Part shown: piece by piece, positions 53,515-64,000 of the stretch
Position numbering within the stretch: the stretch's first letter is position 1
How the letters are laid out: each line of letters opens with the position of its first letter
Origin: Callorhinchus milii
Lineage: Eukaryota
Length of the DNA: 64,000 nucleotides
Assembly (NCBI RefSeq): GCF_018977255.1
Contig: NW_024704743.1
Coordinates: 65,784,001 to 65,848,000 of the forward strand
Direction of reading: 5' to 3'
Notes under the pieces: model-generated
Database searches by the model: none
Told to the model about the DNA's origin: nothing
Seen by the model: the letters and a program-made list of their open reading frames with translations, nothing else
Translations under genes and position numbers: made by a program

Positions 53515-55262
53515 TAATCCTCACAAACTTCAGATCTATCTCAAATCTGCCCTTCCTGGCCAAAGTTTTGAAATAAATCGTTGCAAATGACCTTTGCTCA
53601 CTCCTCTCCCTGCACTTCCCACTCGAACCTCGCCAGTTGGGTTTCCGCCATGCCCACAGCAGTGACAGCAATCATCAACGTAACAAATGATGTCCTCTTT
53701 CTCTGTGACCAGGCTCCCTCTGCTTCCTAGAGCTCTCTGCAGCGTTCGGCACAGTCGATCACGCTAGACTCCTGCACCGCTTTTCCTCCCTCATCCACTG
53801 CCTCTCCTCCCTCATCCTCCTGGGACTGTACTCGCACTGTTCAAGTCCTACTTATCAAACCACCAACATTACATCTCAGCAAACGTTTTCTCCTCCTGCT
53901 TGGTCACTTGCTGGATACCCCAAGGCTCCATCCTCGGCCCCCTTCTTTTCCTTATCACTGAACTCCCTCTCATTGATGTCATCTGCAGACATGTGTCATC
54001 TTGGACGTGTATGCGGATGACTCACAAATTTGCTTCACCTCCTCCAGCTACGAATCCCAGTCCATTAATGTCCTGTCAGCTTGTTTGACAGACATCAAGG
54101 CATAGCTGAACACAAATTTCCTGTAGCTGAATATCGGCAATAAGGAAGCCATACTCTTTGGTTCCTGTCAATGTCTTCTCTCCTGCGGATCTGAACTCCT
54201 CAAGCTCCCTCAGCTCTCCCACACTCATCAAACCCGTGCACAACTTAGGCATCAAGTTCGTTCCCCAGTTTTCCTTTCTACCCCAGGTCCGTTTCCTGAC
54301 CAGTACCACTTTTTTCCATTTCCGCCACATTACTGCCTCCGTCTGTACCTCACAACCAACGCAGCTGAAACTCTTGTCCACACCTTTGTCTCTTCCTGGA
54401 TGTACTATTCCAATGCCCTCCCTGCTGGTGTCTCCAGCTCCACAAGTGAAGTCATGTAGCTCAGTAGTTAAAGCACTCACCTTGCAACCTGGGTTTGATT
54501 CCTGGCAGGGTGAAATGTTGGTCAAGTTTCCTTGTACTCCACATGCCTCTGTTTACCTAGCAGTAAGTAGAAACCCGGTTGTTAGTTGATTGGTGGATCA
54601 CTTTTCCAGGAGTAAAAATTCCTTCAAAAAAAAATTGGTCAGTTCAATCCCTGATTGTTTGTGGAACACTGCCTTGCACAATTGGCAAATATACAGTCAA
54701 TTCACTTTACAGTATATTCTGTGAAAGTCATTGAGATATCTCGAAGACATGATAAAATGCTGTATCAAATGCAAGGATTATTATTATACATACAATTCAA
54801 TTAATCCAAAACTCTGTCACCCGGATAGTCACCCGCACAAAACTCTGTAACCCCCAACCACCAGTCCTTGCCAGTCTCCACTGGCTCCCAATTACTGAAT
54901 GGAACAATTTCAAGATCCTCTTACTTGTTTTCAAATCCCTTCATGCTTTGGCACCTTCCTACCTCTCCGACCTGCTTAGCCCCCTGGTCCACCACCCGCT
55001 GCCTCCGCTTGGCTAGCTCCGGCCTCCTGTTTATTCCTCGTCTCCTCCACTCCACCATCGGTGAGATGCCTTCAGCTACTAAACCCCAAAACTCTCTGTC
55101 TCAATCCCTCCACCTTGCCCTCTCCCTCCCCACCTTGAAATCCGGCCTAAAAATCTTCCTTTTTGATCGTACGTATGGCTTGTTGTCAGACTTCGCCACT
55201 GTCAAGCTCTCCGGACTGCTACCCCACATGAAGCGCATTATTTAAATGGAAATTGTTGTTGT
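53515..55262 (+). mobile_element. Older L2 RT-to-tail fragment, interrupted by a tRNA-SINE (54448-54787)
   Basis: ISNLPFLAKV, LSAAFGTVDH, PQGSILGPLLF, YADD, LKSGLKIFLFD. Confidence 0.9.
54448..54787 (+). mobile_element. tRNA-SINE long subtype
   Basis: Head TGTAGCTCAGTAGTTAAAGC; CORE-like block; tail. Confidence 0.88.
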
Positions 55263-56339
55263 AATTGACTTCACTACTTCCCAGAGAGTCTTCATCCTTG
55301 CAAATGTACTGAGTGTATTCTCAGTGTGTCAAACTGTCCTTTGTGGATAACCTTTGCACATTTTCTTGAAATCTTAGACCTTCAGCCTAACTTCTTGCCG
55401 TGGGTCTCAAATGATGGAGGTGGTAGATGGTTTTCACAGCATACCGAGTTACTTATTTTTCATTACTGACTGCAATCTGTAGAGGACTTGACAATCATTG
55501 AAGTGAGGCTATGAGTTTATCTGGCTTGTTTTGTTGCTATTTAAGACATGCTTTTCCTCTTGTTCCGCTGGGTTTTCACATTAACTTTCTCTTACATGGC
55601 CTTGTTAACTATCTTTGTGAGACAGTCATTGCTTCATACTGCTGTTTCCTGATTAGTACGTTAAATTCTCACAATATAGGAAGACCAGGACTGCTCAGCG
55701 CACAATTGCACCCTATCCTATATCCGTTATCCTCATGATTTACTGCCAGTCATCAATCCAAATGGGCACGCTGCCTGGACAATGGAAACATTTCCCATTG
55801 CTGTTAATAAACAATTCCCTACATGTTTATAAATCAGAAAACTATGTGATTTGAGTCATTGTCCAGCTTTATGTTCATTCATTATGAAAATATATTATCT
55901 TGGCTTCTTTGCAGTTTTTTTTAAGCAACATACAGATGAGTGCTTTTTATAGATTGCTTCAATTAAGTGCAACTGGATAACCAGTGTTTGGAGTTAGTGT
56001 GGGCGATTATTTATCACTCTTTCCACGCATTGATGCTTCATTGAGTTATGATGGTTTCTTGAGCAGGGCCAAGCAGTTTTGTTTTTCATCTGTTTTACTT
56101 TTTTCACTTGTTGAATAACTAGTTTTAGCAATCCCAAGAAGACATTGTTGATTTTGTGTCTGTCTCTGGGATTAATGAATCATGCAATGATTTGGAAAAT
56201 GTGTAGTCCAGAACATGGCACATAGTGTACATTTTCAAAGTTGTAAAAACAAAACAGATTTTCCTGGTGTGAAATTTGGCAGTAGTTTGGGAGCCTTAAT
56301 ACTTTTCCATATGTAGCTCTGGAGTTCCCTTTCTTATAC

Positions 56340-57835
56340 TGGAATATTAAGGTTTTCTCGTAAGGGGAGCTAAGTAACTAAATTTGGGAGGTATAGAATG
56401 GGTAGTGTTTCAGAGATACCTTGTTGGGTGATCTCTGGTTCCTAGTACACCTAATAAATGTAGCACACAGACTGAGATACATTTGCAGATGCCAAAACTA
56501 GGGTTTGAATGTGGAACCAGAGTAGGCTGACAAAGATCCTACAAAGTGAGCTTGACAGCGAATGTGCTTGGGCTGATCACTGGCAAATTAAGTTCAATTT
56601 GATTCAGATAAATGCAAGGCACTTGTGTATAGGAAGTAGCAATAAGAGGCACATGTACTCCATGGACACAATAGACATTGCCAAGGAGGAATTTGAAAGT
56701 GGCATAATTGCATTATTGCACTCTCCATGTACAAACGGTGTGAGGCAGAAATGGATTAAGTGTGAAAAACGCTGAATGGGTTACATTGTAAAACCAGTTG
56801 AGTTCAGATCTCCAGAAGTCATGCAACACCCGTGCTCTGGTCAGGCGCTATCCGAAGTACCATGCACAGCTTTGATGACTATGACATAAGGCTACATAGG
56901 TCTTAGTGGTATTGCGTAGGAGAGTTTGCAATGATATCAGGTGTCAGTCTGGCTAACTTGCTGCGTTCACCTACAAAATACATGGTCATTAGATTTTACA
57001 TTAAAATCTATCATCACCATCATTTGAGACCCATGGCAAGAAGTGCTTTGAGACTTGGTCCTCTGGGACGCTACCCTGTGTGAAGGGCGCTATATAAATG
57101 CAAGTTGTTGGTGATGACCCGATAAGACTCAATATCAAATGGAAGTATTATTATTACAAAGAATGGTGATCTGTGCATTTCTGACTCTAATTTTATGCTT
57201 TCTTATAAACCTGCATGATTTGATTCAAGCTCAGTAGAAAGAAGATGAACAGAGAGTTGAGATATAATTACTTTTCACAGCAAGTGATGGATGTGTGGAA
57301 GAGCTACTCAGAGAGGTGCTGGAGCCACATGGTGTCAGCAAATTCAAGAGGGAATCAGACAGTTACAATATTTAACAAAGAGATTGCTGAATGGAAGCTA
57401 GGGTAGTGTAGGTTTTTATTTTACTTTGGAACTGCCGCTATTTTATTTTCAATTCCAGGACTTGCCGGGGTTCCAATAACAAGGTTGAACCTCAGTGTAA
57501 GAGTTATGAGGATAGATAGCCTAGAGCTCTTCAGTGTCAGAAGAGGCATCTCACAGGAGACTGTACGGAAGTATATAACATTCTTAGCACAACAGAGAAA
57601 ATATCTTCAGCTACATCAAGACAGCAGAACGTTAATTGACAGGTTTGAGAAGAACAATTTCAGGACAACTTCCTTCAGGAATCTGTTTCTTTACACAGCG
57701 GCAATCAACAGCTGATACCAAGTAGAGTGGTAAAGAACACAGGTCTCATTGAAAAAAAAATTGATGCTGAAATGGATGAGATCAAATGGACCAAAAGACC
57801 TTCTTCATCCAAACCACTATTCTGATCTGGTGAAT
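56340..57835 (+). mobile_element. Patchwork of very old CR1 fragments and SINE/L2 tails
   Basis: FADAKT, LQSELD, WQIKFN motifs (56480-56600); LELFS..RR and CR1-like tail (57520-57835). Confidence 0.65.
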
Positions 57836-58603
57836 ATGAAGGAATGAAAAAGGAAACAGGATCTTAAGAGAGACCCTGAGGTATTTGTGAAAGATGCTGG
57901 GCAACCGAATATCTATTTTGATAAGTACAATTTTCTTTTTAATGTGGAAGTAAAATATTGAGCAGTTTTGAATATAAGATTTGCCTCTCATTCATGAAAA
58001 TGTAACAATTTGTGAAAACTACATCCACAAAATACTTAGTGATAGTTTGAATTATGTTGAATTGGTAACCTTAGTTACCTCTTTTAGTTAATACAGTATT
58101 TGCCAACTTGGTTGCAAACATGTTGCATTAGTGTCCTATTTTTGTTCTACTCTTTGTGACATTGATGTGCATTTGTGTAAAATATGCAGTCTCTCTCTAA
58201 CATTCCTCTCCCATCACTATTGCTGTAGATGCCAACAGGAGTGCTTGGGAGCCTATTACCATCATGTTTCACAAGGCTGGTCAACCTTCACAGCAAACAC
58301 AATAAAAGAAAAGAGCCTTTGTGTAAACACTCCTGTTCTATATAACGTTATTCTTTCGATGTTACCTCATCCTTCCCACCTGATTCTGTTATACAGAGTG
58401 CATATAAATTACCCTGAGGGAATATATATTACTAAGAGTATATTGTTTAGCTTCATTTACTGCCTTTGTTAGTATTGTGTCTTTTAAAACCACAACTAGT
58501 AAATCAACATATCTCTGTCAGCCAAGTTGACTTAATTATTATTGTGGTAAAGAAAGTAGTTGCGATGAATTAGGTTTTATTACAAGAGCTATGATTTCTG
58601 CAG

Positions 58604-58705
58604 ACTGGATCGACCCCAGGATGTCTGCAGCTTATGTCAGTCTTGCCATCAAAGCTCAGTTTCCCACATTTGACATTCACTCAATCATTCAGGATTTTGA
58701 TGTGG
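58604..58705 (+). CDS. Weak candidate 102-nt exon (phase 1->1), (D)WIDPRMSAAYVSLAIKAQFPTFDIHSIIQDFDV
   Basis: TTTCTGCAG acceptor, GG|GTAACT donor, open frame compatible with 23713-23822; pyrimidine tract is poor. Confidence 0.2.
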
Positions 58706-58968
58706 GTAACTTTATGTAAGGTGTATCCAATCCACAATATATTTTTCAGCTCAGGCATTGTGTTTTTCCACATTGTTTGAACCTTATTTTTATTTCTTCT
58801 GCACTTTGCTTTTTTTGCCAAGTTCTCTGGACTGTGTCAGCCCAACAATTAAGGGACCTTTTCCAGAATTACAGCACAGAAACAGCCCAACCAATCCATG
58901 CCAGAGTTTATGGTCCACGTTAATCTCTACCTATTCCTTACTCCATCGCACCTTTCGCTCTCTACAGT

Positions 58969-59338
58969 GGAGTCTTGCAGTGTATTGGTTAGAGCACTCG
59001 CCTCACAAGCGAGAGGACCTGTGTTCAATTTCCGGGCAGGGTGAAACGTTTGTCAAGTTTCCATACTCCACATTTCTCTGTTTACCTAGCAGTAAGTAGG
59101 AACCCGGTTGTTAGTCAATTGGCGGATCACTTTTCTGGGGGTAATAATCATTATTAAAAATATTTGGTCACTCAATCCACGACTGTTTGTGGGACACTGC
59201 TGTACACAATTGGCTGCCCCTTTTCGCCCACAAAATATACAGTCAATTCACTTTACAGTATATGCTGTGAAGCGCTTTGAGACGTCTTGAAGACATGATA
59301 AGGGGTTATATCAAATGTAAGGATAATTATTATATTAT
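58969..59338 (+). mobile_element. tRNA-SINE long subtype, full length
   Basis: GGAGTCTTGCAG..TTGGTTAGAGCACTCGC head, CORE-like block, Deu-like block, L2 tail. Confidence 0.92.
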
Positions 59339-60160
59339 TCTCTTTCATGTGAAAGGATTAGCAATCTTACACTCTCATACAATCGTGAAATCATTTTTGA
59401 TTTTAAAATGAAGGCATGGCAATGAATTTACTTATAAAGATGAAGTATTTTTTAATTGCCTTCTTACATCAAAATGTCTGAAACAATTTGTAGGCATGTA
59501 CTGTTGAGTGCAATGACTGTCTTTGTAGGCAACCATTTGTGAAACAAGATCTCATTTCATCTATGAGGCAAATGTTCAATTAATGTGGTGGATTTTTGTC
59601 CAGTACCTTGGGTGGTACTTCTTTCTCTTTTCGAATAGTGTCTTGTTATCTTTGGAATGGAATGTGTACCTGAAAGAATTGACAAATAGGAGAACTGCTT
59701 AATGTCTTATCTGAGACATATTACCAAGTGAGCCAAGCTGACACATATTATTTATGTCACAATATGGAGTATTTGTGGTTATGCGGTCAGAGACTCTAGC
59801 TGCTGCAGCCAGATTGTCTGGGGTCTACTGATTAAGATCACAAAGGCTTGACACTTTTGGCACTGGCAGTCAGGTTATAAACATTATTGTTCAAACAAAG
59901 AATGGAGTTAGCTGCTCTGCCATCATACAGCGAGGCCTAGAAAAAACAATAATTTATTGGGCACAGGCCTATATGGATGACTGTGAACTGCAAATATGGC
60001 ATCACCCTATTCTTGACGTCTTTTTAACAGCTGTTGTTCAAGTTTTCAGAAGTTGTCAGTGCTCTAGGATGCTATCCTCTGTGAGGGCCATTATATAAAT
60101 GCAGGTTATTGTTGTTGTTGTGTGTCTCACATCATGGCCTTTTAATGTGGATTTATAGGA

Positions 60161-60790
60161 TTTTATTCTGGTCAGCCAGATGTCTCCACATGCGGTAACT
60201 CATCACCAGGCTTAAGAGTATCCAAACCAAGCTGACAATTCCATGCATCCCACCTACACATGAAAATCCCAGAGATAGATTGTTGGAATGGAATGTGTAC
60301 TCTCTCCCTGGAGGGACACATCCTGCTTATTTAATTCCGGAAAGTATTAGGCTCAGGTTGGCAAGAGATAAGGCATGGGAACCCCAGAGTGTGCTTTGGG
60401 GTACTGCTGGAGTCTAACCAGCTAAAACTGCAGAACTTGCCATTGGTATTGCTGTCCAGCAAGCTTTCCCACTGATTGTCCAGCAAGAACCAACCTACTT
60501 TGGCTTGCAGGGTTAACAGGAGCTGAGTGGGATGACTCTCTGCCCCCAGTGACTGGTCTGCCCTTCTAGGTCCTGACGATACAAGCTGGCTTTGCTGTCG
60601 TCAGCAGTGCCCTGGAATACTGGGGACCAGCCTGGCTCAGAAACTGGACTACCAAGACCGCCACAGAGGGCTGGCTCGATTCCGACATTCCATTGCCAGG
60701 CATTTCACCTTGGAGCCAGTTCAGCTCCAAGCAAGCCTTGCTTCCTTGGAGCTGAACTTCCCCCCCCATCGCCCCAGAGGATATTGGATT
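60161..60790 (-). mobile_element. Family X, most complete copy (about 630 bp)
   Basis: Contains all segments seen in the other copies; minus strand ends in GGCTGACCAGAATAAAA. Confidence 0.85.
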
Positions 60791-61839
60791 TATAGGATAA
60801 TGGCTAAACTAAACTGAAATCCTGTAAGTAGGATCACAGTCTGATTATGTGGAAATCCAAGATTGTGGCATGTACCATTTTCAGATGGTTTTGGGTGCAA
60901 TTATCATTCAGAAGTGCTTGGTCGGATTTCATATTTTAAACCTTTTTTTTAATTAGGCACAAAATGTGCTTCGGAATACCATAATTTTTGACCCCAGTGT
61001 CATAGAGGAATTTTCTGGCTGACGGTATGCTCTAGCGATCATTGAATCTTGGTTCAATGTCACATGCAAAGAACGGCACCTCCAAAATTACAGCACTGCA
61101 CTGGAGTGCCAGTCTAGTCTGTGTGAGTTCAAAGTCCCAACATGGTAAGCCCACAACCCTCAGATCAGAGCAAGAGGGCTACCAACTCAGCCAGGCTGGG
61201 TTGGACAGAGAAATGTTTGATAACAGACTGGGAGGTATGAATATATGCATGCCTGAAAAATTTTAGAAAAGTAATTACGTTAACTTTCAAAGAATGCGTT
61301 TCAAGGTTTTATCAAAATAATTGCAAAAATACTTGCTGCTGTATATAATAACATTAATATCCTTAATGTAGTGCCTATAACACCTGAAATGTTTTGTATT
61401 GCTTCAAGAGAACGGCTGTAGAGTGTTGTAACTGTTTATTCTGGCAGCCAATTTGCTCCCAGCAACGTCCCACAAACAGCATGTGAAGAATGACCAATTA
61501 TATTCCTTCCCCCAAAGTAAAAAATGCAGGGGAAGTTCTGCCATTCAACTCTTTTTTTCAGATCTTTTATCTTGTACAATAAGCTAGCTCATGGAAAAAC
61601 ATAATTAAAAACACATGAAAATAAATTTGCATCGAAAAAGTAAAATGTACTCACTCTGAATCTGCTCCAGTTTCATCAGTTGTGTGACAACATGTATTCA
61701 ATGTAAATTAATTTCATGTGATTTAATGTGATGCAATGTGTTTTGTTTACCACTAATCTGAAAACAATTCTTGTAATAATAATCCTTGCATTTAATACAG
61801 TGCCTTATCACATTGAACTGTCTCCGAGCTCATTTTTTG

Positions 61840-62360
61840 GGTATAATTTAGTGATGAGTTTGGTCCTGATAACCTGTTCCAGTCATTAGTTACCCTCTGG
61901 TTAAAAAAATACCTCCTGGAGCATGTCCTGAAATTAAGCTCTGCTGCTCTAAAGTTGTGTTCTCTTGTTCTACTGTCTCGGTACATCTGAAAGTATTGTT
62001 TTCTAGTTTGTCATTACAAGATTGGTCTGGATGAAGAAAGCCCTTTGGCTCATCTGATCCCATCTTTCCAGATCACCCACTTTATATCCCATCATTACTG
62101 CATTAAACGTTTTTTTAAATGAGTCCTATATCCTAGCCTCTACCACTTTTCCTGGCAATCTGTTCCAGTCGTTGATAACTCTCTGGTTAAAGAAAAACTT
62201 CCTGGTATCTGTCATGAAATTGTCATTTTTAACTCTAAATCCATGTCTCATTGTTCTACTATCTTGATACTTTCTAAATTATTGATCTGAGTTTCCTTTT
62301 TCAATCCTATTTAACATTTTACACTTCTAAGAGGTCCCCTTTGAGTTATCTTCTCTCAAG
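61840..62360 (-). mobile_element. Two old CR1 3' fragments
   Basis: RYFFNQRVTNDWNRL motif present twice. Confidence 0.8.
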
Positions 62361-63274
62361 AGTTATGAGCAGTTGGGGCTGGACTCTCCTTCCCCCAACT
62401 TCAGGGGAATAGTTTCTGCCACTGGTTAATCCTGAAAGTTTTGAAAAGGATGTGAAGGTTTTTGTTTTGAATCCCAGCTACTGGAATGGCTTCTAATTTG
62501 AATTGTTTCATTTGTATAATTTTTTTTGGCTGTTATCTGGTAAAAAAACTTGTGTAAACTTTTACGTTATGTTTGGCTCTGGACGATCTGAAGAATTATA
62601 AATTGGAGTCAGGTAGAGTGTGAGTTTCACACTTATTCAACAGATAACATCTGTGGCTGTAGCATGATGTTTGGGTCAAAGATTTCCATGCAATTGTGGA
62701 GAAAGGCTTATTTCAGCATTAATAATAAAGGTACAGTTTTCACTCAGCCAGATTCATACAAAGCTGCAGTTAAGCTCTATTAAAATGTATTCTCAGTCTG
62801 GATCATAGATGTTGGCTAAAATTTTTCAACAGCGAATTTTTCTGAAATTCTGCCAATGTACAAACTTCACAACTTTCTCAAGTTAATAATCTTTACATTT
62901 GCTATATAGTGCCTTATCACATTATTATCCAGACAAAATACATGAGAAGAGTTGGTTGTCTAGTATGCAGTCAACAATCTCTTTACAATTGAACTTTGTT
63001 TGTATGGTAATATACGTGAGCACAGTGAGGAAATTCTTCAGTCTCATGTCTATCTATTTCATGGGGCAAATGCTTGCCTTTTATTTACCAGATCTGCAAA
63101 GGAACAATAATAATCCTTGTATTTGATATACAATAGTATCTTATGTTTAAGCACTTCACAAGGGGGTCTGTAAAGGGCAAGTGGTGAATTTGATGGAAAA
63201 AATGGTAGCCAATTTGTGAACAGTAATATCCCACAAAGAGCCACAAAATGAATGGACAATTTAATTTGGAGGAA

Positions 63275-63645
63275 TTAAAACAGAAGTCGCTGGGGACACT
63301 CAGCAGGTCAGGCAGCATCTATAGAGAAAGGAAAGTGAGTCAATATTTTGGATCCACAACCCTTTGTCAGAATTGGAACATGTAGGGAAGGAGAGGCTTT
63401 TAAGGGCTAACAAAGCGGGGGGAGGCAGGACAAGAAAGACAAAGGAGAAAATGGGGTAGAGGACAGGGGATGATGGGTTAAAGAGGTGTTAATGATGCAA
63501 AACAAAGTGGGGGGTTGCAACAAAACAGGGGAATAGAGGTGTTAGTAATGGAAAACAATGGGGGTGGGTGGGTGGAGGGTGGCAAAATTGCAACAAAATA
63601 GGCAGACTAGAGAGAGAAAAGGTGTGCCTCTTTGGTCTGCCTATT
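63275..63645 (-). mobile_element. Penelope-like terminal fragment
   Basis: CTCAGCAGGTCAGGCAGCATCTATAGAGAAAGG; purine-rich continuation. Confidence 0.75.
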
Positions 63646-63689
63646 TAACATAACATAACATGTAGGAGCATGTTATATTATGTTAAATA

Positions 63690-63800
63690 ACATTCGACCC
63701 TTCGAGCCTGCCCCGCCATTCAATCATGGCTGATCTTCTAATCTAACTCCAGCTAATAACATAACCCTGCCTTATCCCCATATCCCTTAATCCCTTTTGC
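63690..63800 (-). mobile_element. CR1 3' end fragment
   Basis: CCTTCGAGCCTGCCCCGCCATTCAAT...CCTTATCCCCATATCCCTTAATCCC is the reverse complement of 26690-26775. Confidence 0.85.
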
Positions 63801-64000
63801 AATAAAGGGATTGCAATTGTGTTGCAATTTTTTGAATTAGCAAGCAGCCTCCACGAGTTACAAAAATGTATATAGGTCCAGGGCTGCTTGATTGACAGTC
63901 AGCTAACAAGCACTGACAAGCAGCCTGTAGAGTAAAATAACAAGTGGGCGCGAACGTGGGAAAGAACCCTCGCATTTGCATCATACGGTGGGTGCAGCCA

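Noticed and set aside
60718..60758. 14-bp hairpin as a family X terminal structure
   Set aside because: The second arm is absent from the copies at 29760 and 780, so it is probably a copy-specific fold-back.
60566..60769. Conserved small protein (similar ORFs at 551-793 and 25748-26044)
   Set aside because: Similarity follows from family X DNA homology; starts, stops and frames differ between copies.

Overview
This is repeat-rich vertebrate genomic DNA, not prokaryotic. The repeat families point to a cartilaginous fish, probably a chimaera/elephant-shark type (inference). Much of the window is decayed non-LTR retroelements: CR1 and L2 LINE fragments, Deu-domain SINEs, a very abundant tRNA(Ala)-headed SINE with an L2-type tail, and Penelope-like element (PLE) remnants. 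There are also about 9 copies of a roughly 630-bp A-tailed element I cannot assign. No intact long ORF is present, and nearly all ORF-track entries are repeat-derived or spurious. The window looks like the intron space of a large + strand gene. It has one strong candidate coding exon (23713-23822), a second well-signalled phase-compatible exon (1831-1925) and a weak third (58604-58705); I could not identify the gene. Several unique blocks carry PBX/MEIS/HOX, TCF and SOX motifs and may be conserved enhancers. The most notable observations are a minimal hammerhead-ribozyme motif in a PLE remnant, a SINE that appears to combine CORE-like and Deu domains, the unassigned retroposon family, a SINE-tail/L2-body chimera, and a PLE RT fragment flanked by a 9-bp duplication. 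I found no convincing novel multi-gene system. Repeat boundaries were read by eye and are approximate.
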